64,000 bases of DNA. Source: Deltaproteobacteria bacterium (GTDB lineage: Bacteria; Desulfobacterota; Binatia; DP-6). A model generated the notes under the pieces. The model saw only the letters and a list, made by a program, of their open reading frames with translations. It ran no database searches and was not told the DNA's origin. The DNA lies in assembly GCA_005888095.1 (NCBI GenBank), contig VBKF01000140.1, positions 4,602 to 68,601 of the forward strand, in the 5' to 3' direction. The position numbers and the translations under genes were made by a program. Positions 9,929 through 19,195 of this stretch are shown piece by piece. Every line of letters starts with the position of its first letter. Position 1 is the stretch's first letter.

Positions 9929-10909
9929 GTGGAGACGCGCCGTCCGACGAACCCGGCCGCGGAGGAGATCCTCGGGCTCTACTTCCCGGTCCTCGACCAC
10001 GGCTTCGTTGCGCTCGTCGACTACATGGGCTCCGACGAGGACGTCGAGCGCGCGGCGCGTGTGTCGTACGGCTACGGGACCCGCCGCACCAGCGAGACGC
10101 GCGGGCTGATCCGCTACCTCCGGCGCCACCGGCACACGACACCCAGCGAGATGGTGGAGCTCAAGTTCCACTGCGCGATGCCGATCTTCGTCGCCAGGCA
10201 ATGGATCCGGCATCGTGTCGCAAGCGCGAATGAGTATAGCGGGAGATATAGCTTGCTACCTCTCCTGTTTTACAGGCCAGAGTCCGACGCCTTCCAGGCG
10301 CAGGCCGCGAGCAACCGGCAGGGCCGCGGCGGTGCGCCCCTGAGGGAGTTCCACGCGGACGCGGTCGCGCGCTGGGAGGCCGTTCGCCGGCTCGCGGCCG
10401 AGCAGTACGAGTGGCTGGTCGGCCACGACGTCGCGCGCGAGCTGGCGCGTATCGACCTGCCGCTCTCGACGTACACGCAGTGGTACTGGAAGATCGACCT
10501 CCACAACCTGTTCCACTTCCTGGCCGTGCGCGCCGACCCGCACGCGCAGCACGAGATCCGCGTCTTCGCCCGCGTGATCGCGGGCATGCTGAAGCGAGTC
10601 GCGCCGCTCAGCTTCGAGGCCTGGGTGGACTACGAGTTCCGCGGGACGCACCTCTCGCGCGGCGAGCTGGACGCGCTGCGCCGCGTGGTCAGTGTCGCGG
10701 ACGGGGGGCTCGAGGCGCGACCCGGGCGGGTGAGCCGCGAGGAGCTCGCCCGTCTGGGTCTCTCGAAGCGGGAGATCGAGGAGTTGCTGGCCAAGCTCGC
10801 CTCCTCCCCGGGCGACGAGGACTTCGACCTCGACCTCTCGGCCGCGCGTCCCGCCGAGCACTTCGCGCGCGAGATGGAGGCCGCGGTGCCGCGCGTCGAC
10901 CGGAGGTGA
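9929..10909 (+). CDS. thyX: flavin-dependent thymidylate synthase
   Basis: ThyX motif QWIRHRVASANEYSGRYS (RHR...S.RYS); 326 aa with a C-terminal extension beyond the usual ~250-aa fold. Confidence 0.85.
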   Translation: METRRPTNPAAEEILGLYFPVLDHGFVALVDYMGSDEDVERAARVSYGYGTRRTSETRGLIRYLRRHRHTTPSEMVELKFHCAMPIFVARQWIRHRVASANEYSGRYSLLPLLFYRPESDAFQAQAASNRQGRGGAPLREFHADAVARWEAVRRLAAEQYEWLVGHDVARELARIDLPLSTYTQWYWKIDLHNLFHFLAVRADPHAQHEIRVFARVIAGMLKRVAPLSFEAWVDYEFRGTHLSRGELDALRRVVSVADGGLEARPGRVSREELARLGLSKREIEELLAKLASSPGDEDFDLDLSAARPAEHFAREMEAAVPRVDRR

Positions 10910-11295
10910 CCACGGCCCGCCGCCTCGACGTCCCGCCCGACGTCGCCGCCGCCGTCCGCAGCGGCGTGCGGCTCTTCAACCGCGGCCGCTACCTCGAAGC
11001 CCAGCAGGTGTGGGAGGAGAGCTGGCGCGAGGCGCCATCCGCCGACCGGGCCTTCCTCGAGGCGCTCGTGCAGCTTGCGGCGGGCCTCCACCTGCGCACG
11101 CGCCGGGGCGCGACGCGTGGCGCGGTGCATCTCCTGGCACAGGCGGTGATCGCGCTCGAAGACTACCGGCCCGCCGCGCACGGCGTCGACGTCGAGGCGC
11201 TGATCGCCGACGTCGACGCCTGCATCGCCTGGCTGCGCACGCTCGACCGGCCGCACCGCTTCCTCGACCGCGCCCGGCTGCCCCGCATCCGCTGA
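10906..11295 (+). CDS. DUF309 domain protein
   Basis: GTG overlaps the thyX stop; LFNRGRYLEAQQVWEESWREAP...LVQLAAGLHL resembles the DUF309 core; the upstream part of track ORF 10411..11295 is an overlap artefact. Confidence 0.6.
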   Translation: MTTARRLDVPPDVAAAVRSGVRLFNRGRYLEAQQVWEESWREAPSADRAFLEALVQLAAGLHLRTRRGATRGAVHLLAQAVIALEDYRPAAHGVDVEALIADVDACIAWLRTLDRPHRFLDRARLPRIR

Positions 11296-12173
11296 TGGAG
11301 GTGACGCGCGAGCAGGTGCGCGACGGGCTGCGCGCCGCGCGCTACCTCACGACCCCGCGCGTCGAGACGGCGCTCTTCCTGGCGCTCGTGCTGGAGAAGC
11401 CGCTGCTCGCCGAAGGGCCGGCGGGCGCCGGGAAGACGGAGCTGGCCAAGGTGCTCGCCGAGATGCTCAGGACCGACCTCGTGCGGCTCCAGTGCTACGA
11501 GGGGCTCGACGAGGCGCGCGCGCTCTTCGAGTGGAACTATCAGAAGCAGCTGCTGCGCATCCAGACCGATCGTGCCGAGGGCCGCGGCTGGGACGAGGTC
11601 TCGCACCACATCTTCTCGCGCGAGTTCCTCCTCGATCGGCCGCTGTTACACGCCATCACGGCGCCGCGCCAGGTCGTCCTGCTGATCGACGAGGTGGACA
11701 AGGCCGATCCCGAGTTCGAGGCCTTCCTCCTCGAGGTGCTCTCCGACTTCCAGGTGAGCGTCCCCGAGCTGGGCACGCTCCGCGCCCGCGAGCGGCCGGT
11801 GGTCGTGCTCACCTCCAACCGCACCCGCGAGCTCTCCGAGGCCCTCGTCCGGCGCTGTCTCCACCTCTTCGTCGACTTCCCCGGCGTCGAGGTCGAGGCC
11901 GAGATCGTCGCCCTCAAGGTGCCCGAGCTCGACGAGCGGCTGCGCGTGCAGGTGGCGCGCTTCGTGGCGGGCCTCCGCAAGCTCGAGCTCCGCAAGGCGC
12001 CGAGCATCGCCGAGACGCTCGACTGGGCGCGCGGCCTCTGTGCGCTCGGCGTGCGCGAGCTCGACCCGGCGACCGTCCGCCAGACGCTTGCGCTCGTCGT
12101 CAAGCACGAGGAGGACCTCCGCAAGGCGGAGGGCAAGGTGAGCACGCTGCTCGCGGCGGCGACGCGGGGCTGA
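11295..12173 (+). CDS. MoxR-family AAA+ ATPase (CoxD-like)
   Basis: ATG overlaps the DUF309 stop (TGATG); Walker A GPAGAGKT, Walker B VLLIDEVDKA, sensor region; CoxD/MoxR architecture. Confidence 0.8.
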   Translation: MEVTREQVRDGLRAARYLTTPRVETALFLALVLEKPLLAEGPAGAGKTELAKVLAEMLRTDLVRLQCYEGLDEARALFEWNYQKQLLRIQTDRAEGRGWDEVSHHIFSREFLLDRPLLHAITAPRQVVLLIDEVDKADPEFEAFLLEVLSDFQVSVPELGTLRARERPVVVLTSNRTRELSEALVRRCLHLFVDFPGVEVEAEIVALKVPELDERLRVQVARFVAGLRKLELRKAPSIAETLDWARGLCALGVRELDPATVRQTLALVVKHEEDLRKAEGKVSTLLAAATRG

Positions 12174-12281
12174 CGCGCGACGTAGCGGTTTCGTCTCATC
12201 GATGGCGCAACGGGACGCCGGCGCCCTTCTGCAGACGAGGGCGGAGCGACTGGCACCGCCCTTGCAGCGGCATCCGCCCGG

Positions 12282-12599
12282 ATGGACGCGACGGAGCGCC
12301 GCCTGCATCAGCTCTTCCTCCTGAACCTCTGCCTGCAGATCTTCGACGGCGTAGCGACCTACCACGGGCTTCGCTTCTGGGGCGAAGGCAACCCGCTGGT
12401 CGCCGGCGTCATCCCGTACCTCGGCGTCGCCGGCACGCTCTGCCTCTTCAAGGCCAAGGCCTGCGGCTTCCTCGTGCTCCTCCGCCGCCTCGGCCCGCGC
12501 CCCCTCGTGCGCGAGTCGCTCGTGCTCCTGGCCACCGTCTACATGTTCTTCTCGTTCATCCCCTGGATGGCGCGGCTGCTGTCGCTCCTCTCCGCCTGA
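12282..12599 (+). CDS. small hydrophobic membrane protein (hypothetical)
   Basis: 105 aa with 3 predicted transmembrane segments, between the MoxR and VWA genes; GC3-rich codons. Confidence 0.5.
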   Translation: MDATERRLHQLFLLNLCLQIFDGVATYHGLRFWGEGNPLVAGVIPYLGVAGTLCLFKAKACGFLVLLRRLGPRPLVRESLVLLATVYMFFSFIPWMARLLSLLSA

Positions 12600-12617
12600 G
12601 CCGCTACCATCGCGGGG

Positions 12618-13787
12618 ATGCGGTCGCGCATCCTCGCCTTCGTCCAGGCGCTGCGCGCCGAGGGCATCGACGTCTCGCTCGCCGAGACGATGGACGCCGT
12701 ACGCGCAGTCGCGGCGGCGGGTGTCCAGCGCGAGGTGCTGCGCGAGTCCCTCGCCGCCTGTCTGGTGAAGGACGAGGAAGATCGCCCCGTCTTCGACCGG
12801 CTGTTTGACGCCTCGTTCCCGCTCGTCGGTGCCGAGCGCGAGGCGGGCCGACGGCGGAAGCGCGTCGCCGGCGGCGGGGGTGCACTCGCGACGGCGAGCG
12901 GGCGTGGGGCGGCCAGCGGCCGCGGCCGGCCGGCCGAGGAAGCCGCGGACCCGCGGCGGCGGGAGCCGTCGCCGGTGCGGACGCCGAGCGCGAGCCGTGA
13001 GACCGCTCGGGCCGAGCACGCACCCGCGCGGCGGGACACCTCGGACCAGGCCCGTCGCCCGGGCCGCCTGGCGCGACGGCTCGCGCTCATGCAGCTCCCG
13101 TTTCGCGACTTCACCGCGCGCGACGTGCAGGAGGCACGCGATCTCGTCCGCGAGCTCGGCCGCCGCCTGCGCGCGCGGCTCGCCCGCCGCCAGCGGCAGG
13201 CCCGGCGCGGCCGCCTCGACTTCCGGCGCACGATCCGCGCCTCGATGTCGAGCGGCGGCGTGCCCGCGCGCCCGCGCTTCCGCGCGCGCCGCCCGGCGCG
13301 CCCGGACCTGGTGGCGCTCTGTGACCTCTCGGGCTCGGTGGCGGCGGCGAGCGAGCTCATGCTCGGGCTCGTCGCCCCGGCGGCCGACTGGTTCCGGCGC
13401 GCCCACCTCTTCGCCTACGTCGACCGGCTCTGCCCGGTCTCGATCGAGGACGGGCACGTGGCGCCGGGCGGGCCGCTCGACCTCCACGCCCGCTCGGACT
13501 TCGGCCGCGTGCTCGACGAGCTGTGGCGCGAGCGGCGCGACCTGCTCACGCGCGCGACGCTGCTCCTCGTCCTCGGCGACGCGCGCAACAACCGCCGGCC
13601 GCCGCGGGCCGACCTCCTGCGCGCCGTCCGCGACCGCGTCGAGCGGCTGGTCTGGCTCGTCCCCGAGCCCCGCACCCGCTGGGACACGGGCGACAGCGTC
13701 CTCTCGCGCTACGCGCCGCTGTGCGACGCGCTGTTCGAGTGCATCGACCTGGCCGCCCTCGTCGCGGCCGTGCGGCGCACCCTGTGA
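12618..13787 (+). CDS. VWA-domain protein (CoxE-like)
   Basis: N-terminal MRSRILAFVQALRAEGIDVSLAETMDAV (CoxE family) and a C-terminal VWA-like region (LVALCDLSGSV = DxSxS MIDAS motif). Confidence 0.75.
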   Translation: MRSRILAFVQALRAEGIDVSLAETMDAVRAVAAAGVQREVLRESLAACLVKDEEDRPVFDRLFDASFPLVGAEREAGRRRKRVAGGGGALATASGRGAASGRGRPAEEAADPRRREPSPVRTPSASRETARAEHAPARRDTSDQARRPGRLARRLALMQLPFRDFTARDVQEARDLVRELGRRLRARLARRQRQARRGRLDFRRTIRASMSSGGVPARPRFRARRPARPDLVALCDLSGSVAAASELMLGLVAPAADWFRRAHLFAYVDRLCPVSIEDGHVAPGGPLDLHARSDFGRVLDELWRERRDLLTRATLLLVLGDARNNRRPPRADLLRAVRDRVERLVWLVPEPRTRWDTGDSVLSRYAPLCDALFECIDLAALVAAVRRTL

Positions 13788-13807
13788 GCCGCTAGAATGC
13801 GCGTCGC

Positions 13808-14161
13808 ATGACGGTGACCATCGCGCGGCTCGGTGAGCTCCGCCCCGGGGAGACGAAGAAGTTCCTCTTCCAGTGCGACGGGATCGAGATGGAAGGCTTC
13901 CTGCTCAACTGCGCCGGGCAGCACCACGCCTACGTGAACCGCTGCCGGCACGTGCCGATGAGCCTCGACTGGGTCGAGAACCAGTTCTTCACCGAGGACA
14001 AGCGCTTCGTGCAGTGCGCCACGCACGGCGCCTACTACCTGCCCGATACCGGCGAGTGCGTTGCGGGCCCGCCCTGCGGGCGGCGGCTCCACCGCATCCC
14101 GCTCCGCATCGAGGGCGACCAGATCCTCGGCGACTGCCCGGGGTCGCTGCCGGACGACTGA
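13808..14161 (+). CDS. Rieske [2Fe-2S] domain protein
   Basis: CRHV...CATHG (CxH...CxxH) Rieske ligand boxes; 117 aa. Confidence 0.75.
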   Translation: MTVTIARLGELRPGETKKFLFQCDGIEMEGFLLNCAGQHHAYVNRCRHVPMSLDWVENQFFTEDKRFVQCATHGAYYLPDTGECVAGPPCGRRLHRIPLRIEGDQILGDCPGSLPDD

Positions 14162-14168
14162 AGCGCCC

Positions 14169-14435
14169 TTACTCCGGCTCGTCGCCGAAGTGGGCGCGCG
14201 TGATGCGTTCCTTCAGGTACTCGAGCGTTCCGAGGTCTTCGACGATGTCGCCGCCGGTGTCGTAGAAGAAGATCTCGCCGCTCTTGTTCCGGCCGACGGC
14301 CACGAGCCACTCGAGGTCGTCCCGATCCTCGAGGAGGTAGTTGATGGTCTGGCTCACCCCGCGGCCCGGGATGATCGTGACCTTGGGGCGGGCAGGCTTC
14401 TCGTGCTGTTTGGGCATCGACGCCATGACCTCCAA
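14169..14435 (-). CDS. hypothetical small protein
   Basis: 88 aa with a non-arginine-rich, high-GC3 coding pattern (…KVTIIPGRGVSQTINYLLEDRDDLEWLVAVGRNKSGEIFFYDTGGD…); convergent with the Rieske gene. Confidence 0.45.
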   Translation of the reverse strand: MEVMASMPKQHEKPARPKVTIIPGRGVSQTINYLLEDRDDLEWLVAVGRNKSGEIFFYDTGGDIVEDLGTLEYLKERITRAHFGDEPE

Positions 14436-14489
14436 GGGCGCAGCGACGCACCCCGTACGCGAAAGATTGAGGATAGGAGCGCACCACCT

Positions 14490-15752
14490 TCAAGTCAATA
14501 GCAACAGGGTCACGCTCTCGACGTGGAACGTCTGCGGAAAGAGATCAATCGGCTGCACGCGCGCGACGCGGTAGCCGTGCGCCGCGAGCCGCTGCACGTC
14601 GCGCGCGAACGTGGCGGGATCGCACGACACGTAGGCGATGCGGCGCGCGCGGAGCGCGGCGAGCGCCCCGATCGCGTCCGCGGCGCCGGCGCGCGGCGGA
14701 TCGAGGATCACAGCGTCGGCCGTGGCAGGCGCCATGCGGCCGAGCGCTTCGGCGACGGCCGCGGTCTCGAACGTGACGTCGCCGAGTCCGAGGCGCGCGG
14801 CGTTGTCGCGCCCCGCCGCGGCGGCGACGGGATTGCGGTCGATGCCGCGGACACGCGCGCCGCGGCGCGCGACGGGCAGCGCGAAATTGCCTGCGCCCGA
14901 ATAGAGGTCGAGGACGCGCTCGCCGGGCGCGAAGGCGCCGAGCGCGACGACCGCAGCGACCAGGAGCCGGTTGGCGGCCGGGTTCACCTGCGTGAACACG
15001 TCGGCCGGCACCTCGAGGTCGAGCCCCGGCTCGAGCGTGACGCGGAGGCGCGGGTCGCCGACGACGAGCCGGCCGCGGCCCGTCGCCTCGGCGAGGACCG
15101 CGCCGCGGACGGTCGGCGTGCGGGCGAGGAGCGCCTCGGTCGCGTCGGCGTCGCGCGCGCCGGGCGGAGCGTCCGTGATCGCCGTCAGCACGACGCCGCC
15201 CGGAGCGACGGCGAGCGACACGCGCCGGAGCGGGACGCGCAGCGCGCCGATCCAGCTTCGCGCGGCGCCGAGGTGGGCGGAGAGCACGGGGTCGGCGATC
15301 GGGCAGTCCTCGATCTCGAGCAGGTGGTGCGAGCGCGCGCGGTGGTAGCCTGCGCGCCGGCCCTCGACCACCAGCGTGAGGCGCGCGCGGTAGTGCCAGT
15401 CGCCGCCCGCGGTGAGCGTCGGGAGGACCTCGGCGTCGCGCACGCCTGCCGTGCGGGCGAGCTGCTCGGCGACGATCGCCGCCTTCGCGTCGCGCTGCGC
15501 GGGCGGCGCGACGTGCTGCCACTGGCAGCCGCCGCAGGTGGGGAAGTAGCGGCAGCCGGGGAAGACGCGTGCGGGCCCCGGCTCGAGGACTTCGACGACG
15601 CGCGCGCGGGCGAAGCCCGCGTGCTGCTCCACGGTCTCGGCGGTGATCCGGTCGCCGGGCGCGGCGTAGGGCACGAAGACCACCTGGCGGTCGCGGTGCG
15701 CGAGCGCGTCGAAGCCGTAGGTGAGCCGCTCGACCGCGAGGACGTCAGTCAA
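14490..15752 (-). CDS. rlmD: 23S rRNA (uracil-5-)-methyltransferase, RumA/RlmD family
   Basis: TRAM domain plus an Fe-S cysteine cluster (CRYFPTCGGCQWQH) and a SAM methyltransferase fold (LDLYSGAGNFALPVA). Confidence 0.8.
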   Translation of the reverse strand: MTDVLAVERLTYGFDALAHRDRQVVFVPYAAPGDRITAETVEQHAGFARARVVEVLEPGPARVFPGCRYFPTCGGCQWQHVAPPAQRDAKAAIVAEQLARTAGVRDAEVLPTLTAGGDWHYRARLTLVVEGRRAGYHRARSHHLLEIEDCPIADPVLSAHLGAARSWIGALRVPLRRVSLAVAPGGVVLTAITDAPPGARDADATEALLARTPTVRGAVLAEATGRGRLVVGDPRLRVTLEPGLDLEVPADVFTQVNPAANRLLVAAVVALGAFAPGERVLDLYSGAGNFALPVARRGARVRGIDRNPVAAAAGRDNAARLGLGDVTFETAAVAEALGRMAPATADAVILDPPRAGAADAIGALAALRARRIAYVSCDPATFARDVQRLAAHGYRVARVQPIDLFPQTFHVESVTLLLLT

Positions 15753-16311
15753 AGCCGGGCTCGCCGAGCACGAGGAGCATCTCCTCGGCGGTGAAGAGCG
15801 ACGCCGCGAGCCGTCGCAGGAGGTCGCGCTCGACGACGCCGCGCGACGGCAGCTCGATGTGCCGGGGGATCACCTCGAAGACGCCGGGGAGGAGGAGCGC
15901 CTGGCTGCGGTCGATCGCCTCGATCGCGCTCGTGATCTTGAGGCTGGTGTCGGCCTCGCCCGCGGGCAGGAGGAAGAGCGTGTAGGCGACGGTGTACTCG
16001 GTGGCGCGCCCGAGGCCGGCGCCGCGCGCCGCGGAGAGGTCGGCGATGTCGCCGAGCTTCTTCAGCTCCTCGCGGCCGAATACGCGCCGGGCGCCGGTCT
16101 GGATCGCCCCGTGCGCCCGGTCGGCGCGCGCGACCCGCAGTCCCTCCTCCTCGAGCGCGCGCAGGATCTGCGGCCAGAGCCGGTCGACCGGGTCGTGGAT
16201 CATCCGGTAGTGCTCGCCGCGCACGTGCGCCTTCGGGTCGGGCGCGGGGCCGTGAAGCGGACCGCAGCCCACGGCGAGCGCGGCGAGCACGAGCGGCAGC
16301 GCCCGGTGCAT
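15745..16311 (-). CDS. lipoprotein (hypothetical)
   Basis: Signal peptide with lipobox LAALAVGCG; 188 aa. Confidence 0.55.
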   Translation of the reverse strand: MHRALPLVLAALAVGCGPLHGPAPDPKAHVRGEHYRMIHDPVDRLWPQILRALEEEGLRVARADRAHGAIQTGARRVFGREELKKLGDIADLSAARGAGLGRATEYTVAYTLFLLPAGEADTSLKITSAIEAIDRSQALLLPGVFEVIPRHIELPSRGVVERDLLRRLAASLFTAEEMLLVLGEPGFD

Positions 16312-16317
16312 GGCGCG

Positions 16318-17142
16318 TCAGTCCTTGGCGAACATCATCTTCACCTGCGGGAACGTCGAGGGGCTGGCCGCCGCGACCGCCGTCGCCGCCGGCCGCTCGA
16401 GCTGAGCCGCCCGCCGCTCGGCGTCCCGCATGCGGTCCTCCGAGAGCGGGTGGCTCGAGATGAAGCGCTCGACGACGCTCGGCAGGCTGCGCTGCTGCTC
16501 GGAGAGCTTCCGGAAGACCGACGCCATCGCCGTCGGGTCGTAGCCGGCGGCGTTCATGAGCCGGAGGCCGAGCCGGTCCGCCTCCGCCTCCTTGCCGCGG
16601 CTGTAGCGCAGCAGCGTCAGCACGTAGCCGAGCTTGGCCCCCTCCCAGGCGATGGGCGGGATGGGTATGGGAATCACGGAGATCGCCGCGATGATCGCGA
16701 GCTGGCTCAGGTTCTGCGTGGTCAGCATCTCGGTCGCGTGGCGCGCGGCGACGTGGCTCATCTCGTGCGCCATGACCGAGGCGAGCTCGTCCTCCGTGTC
16801 GCACACCTCGACGATCCCCATGTTGATGTAGACCGGCCCACCCGGGAGCGCGAAGGCGTTCACCTCGGGCGAGTCGACCACGTGATAGCTGTAGGGGAAG
16901 AGCTTGAAGGCGGGCTCGGGGCTCGCGTCGAGCAGGCGCCGGCCGACCGTGTTGACGAGCTGGTTGAGCGCGCTGTGACGGAGCAGCACGAGCTCGCCCT
17001 CGACCTCCTTGGAGAGCTGCTCGCCGAGGCGGATGTCGCCGTCGACCGAGTAGAAGTTCGGGTGGAAGCGATGCACGCCCGCGCAGCCGAGGGCCGCGGC
17101 GAGCGCGAGCGCGCCGCCGGCACGCACCGCGGCGCGCATCAC
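16318..17142 (-). CDS. M48-family zinc metallopeptidase
   Basis: HEMSHV (HExxH) with a downstream E; signal peptide with a lipobox-like AAALGCAG. Confidence 0.75.
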   Translation of the reverse strand: MMRAAVRAGGALALAAALGCAGVHRFHPNFYSVDGDIRLGEQLSKEVEGELVLLRHSALNQLVNTVGRRLLDASPEPAFKLFPYSYHVVDSPEVNAFALPGGPVYINMGIVEVCDTEDELASVMAHEMSHVAARHATEMLTTQNLSQLAIIAAISVIPIPIPPIAWEGAKLGYVLTLLRYSRGKEAEADRLGLRLMNAAGYDPTAMASVFRKLSEQQRSLPSVVERFISSHPLSEDRMRDAERRAAQLERPAATAVAAASPSTFPQVKMMFAKD

Positions 17143-18683
17143 GGGCCTCCCGTCCGGTTGAGCGCGCGCACGCTGCTCGGGTGCACCGCCAGGCGCGGGC
17201 CGGCGGCCAGCACGAGCGGGAGCCGGTCGCCCACCACCTCGCCCGAGACGCGGTCCCCGCTGCGCAGCACCACCTCGGCCTTGTTGCCGGCCTCGGTGAA
17301 GTCGATTCGCTCCACCTCGGCCGCCGAGACCTCCATCGTCCGCCCGCTGACGCGGACGCGGAGCGGCGCGAACGCCCCGGTCACGAGGAGGCTGTCGCCG
17401 TTGCGCATGAGGGCGCGAAAGGCCGCCGGCGGCGGGGCCGCGCCGCGGCCGGCACGGAGGCTCAGCTGCGCGATGGCGTCGACCGGCACGCTCTGCGTTC
17501 GGCCGCCGGCAGCGAGGTGGATCGCCTCGTTCTCGAGGAAGCCGCTCAGCGTGTCGCCGTTCGCGAGGACGATGCGGGCAAGTCCACGTTCGCCGGTGTC
17601 GAAGAGGACGGTGGCCACGGCCTCGCGCCCGAGCTCGACCGCGCCGTACGCGGTGCGCACGCGGAGGTGGGGGTCGGTGAGCGTGCCGCGCAGGGTGTCG
17701 CCGCTGCGCAGCTTGGCGGTGTCGACGTCGGCGCCGCCACGCACCTGCTGCGCCAGGCGGAGCCGTCCCGGCGCCGCGATGTCGGCCGGCAGCGCGAGCG
17801 TCCAGATCTCCCAGCCCTTCTCACCCCGGTGCTGGAAGGCGAGCGTGCGCCCGTCGGGCGACCAGGCGGGATGGAGCGCCGGGGCGGGCGCGGCCGTGAG
17901 CTCGATCGGGGCGGTGCCGTCGGCGTTCGCGACCCACGGCGTCGCGTCGCTCGTGCGGCCGTGCGCGGGCCAGCGGGTGAAGGCGAGCTTGGTGCCGTCG
18001 CGCGACCACGCGGGCCGCGCCTCGTGATCGGGCGAGACGACGAGCGGCGCCGTGCGCCCGTCGCGGACGTCGATGGTATAGATGTCGAAGTTGCCGTTCA
18101 CGTCGGTCACGTAGGCGATCGTGTCGCCCGACGGATGCCAGGCGGGGAAGATCTCGTTGGCCGGGGTGGTCGTCAGCCGCCGCCGCCCGCTGCCGTCGGC
18201 GTACATGAGCCAGAGGTCGAAGCTGCCGCCCTCCTTCGGAAAGGCGGCGTAGACGATCTGCCGCCCGTCGGGCGACCAGGCGGGCTGGTCCTCGGTGCCC
18301 GGATCGTCGGTCAGGGGGACCGCGTTCTGGCCGTCGAGGTCGGCGATCCAGATGTCGCGCGAGCCGTTCAGCTCGGAGACGAAGAGGAGCTTCTTGCCGT
18401 CGGGCGAGACGGCCGGGTGGTACTCGTCCTTGGTGCCCTTGGTGAGCTGCCGCTCGCCCGAGCCGTCGGTGGAGACGATCCAGATGTTGCGCGCCGCGAT
18501 GCCGCGCTGCTTCTCCTCCTTGCGCCGCGAGTGGAAGACGAGGTGCGTGCCGTCGGGGGTCCAGGACGGCATGGCGCTCGAGCCGGCGGTCACGACGGCG
18601 CGGGCGCTGCCGTCCTCGGCGAGGCTCGGCGAGGTGGCGGCGAGGCAGAGTAGCCCGAGCGCGAGCGCCGTCCGCCCCGTCAT
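17139..18683 (-). CDS. TolB-like beta-propeller (PD40 repeat) periplasmic protein
   Basis: Signal peptide followed by repeated PxWSPDG PD40 motifs; its stop overlaps the M48 start (ATGA). Confidence 0.7.
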   Translation of the reverse strand: MTGRTALALGLLCLAATSPSLAEDGSARAVVTAGSSAMPSWTPDGTHLVFHSRRKEEKQRGIAARNIWIVSTDGSGERQLTKGTKDEYHPAVSPDGKKLLFVSELNGSRDIWIADLDGQNAVPLTDDPGTEDQPAWSPDGRQIVYAAFPKEGGSFDLWLMYADGSGRRRLTTTPANEIFPAWHPSGDTIAYVTDVNGNFDIYTIDVRDGRTAPLVVSPDHEARPAWSRDGTKLAFTRWPAHGRTSDATPWVANADGTAPIELTAAPAPALHPAWSPDGRTLAFQHRGEKGWEIWTLALPADIAAPGRLRLAQQVRGGADVDTAKLRSGDTLRGTLTDPHLRVRTAYGAVELGREAVATVLFDTGERGLARIVLANGDTLSGFLENEAIHLAAGGRTQSVPVDAIAQLSLRAGRGAAPPPAAFRALMRNGDSLLVTGAFAPLRVRVSGRTMEVSAAEVERIDFTEAGNKAEVVLRSGDRVSGEVVGDRLPLVLAAGPRLAVHPSSVRALNRTGGP

Positions 18684-18751
18684 GCCGGCACGCTTATCGG
18701 GTCGCGACGGATTTGCAATACACGTGCTCGGAGGCTAGGCGAAACAGGCCC

Positions 18752-19195
18752 ATGGCGGCGCGACTCCTTCCCGGGACGACCACGCGAGTGCGGCGCGGGC
18801 GGCGCCACGACTTCCCCCACGTGCAGGCCGTCCTCGGGCGAGCGGGCGGCGATCGCGCCGAGCGGCTCTACCACCGCATGATGCGCGACCTCGGGACGGA
18901 CCTCTACGTGGCCGAGGAAGAAGGCGGGACGATCGTGGCGGTGATCGCGCTCGCCTACGGACGGTCGCTCGGCGCCGGCGGACTCGTGGCCGTGCTCGAG
19001 GTGGCGCGGTGCTCGACGGAGCCCCGGCTCGGCGAGGGGCTCGTCGCCTTTGCCGAGGAGCGGGCGCGGCGGCGCGGCTGCCGCGAGCTCACCGCCCGCA
19101 TGGACGGCGCCGACGCGGAGCTCCGCGCGGTGCTGGTCGCGCGCGGCTTCCGGCCCGCCGACGTCCTCGTGACCGAGCTCGTCCCGGCGGTCTGA
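18752..19195 (+). CDS. GNAT-family N-acetyltransferase
   Basis: Acetyl-CoA-binding-like motif (RRRGCRELTARMDGADAELRAVLVARGFRP); the in-frame ATG at 18752 is preferred over the track start. Confidence 0.6.
   Translation: MAARLLPGTTTRVRRGRRHDFPHVQAVLGRAGGDRAERLYHRMMRDLGTDLYVAEEEGGTIVAVIALAYGRSLGAGGLVAVLEVARCSTEPRLGEGLVAFAEERARRRGCRELTARMDGADAELRAVLVARGFRPADVLVTELVPAV

Noticed and set aside
11646-13487. 613-aa minus-strand ORF
   Set aside because: Antisense to the VWA/CoxE-like and membrane-protein genes; arginine-rich.
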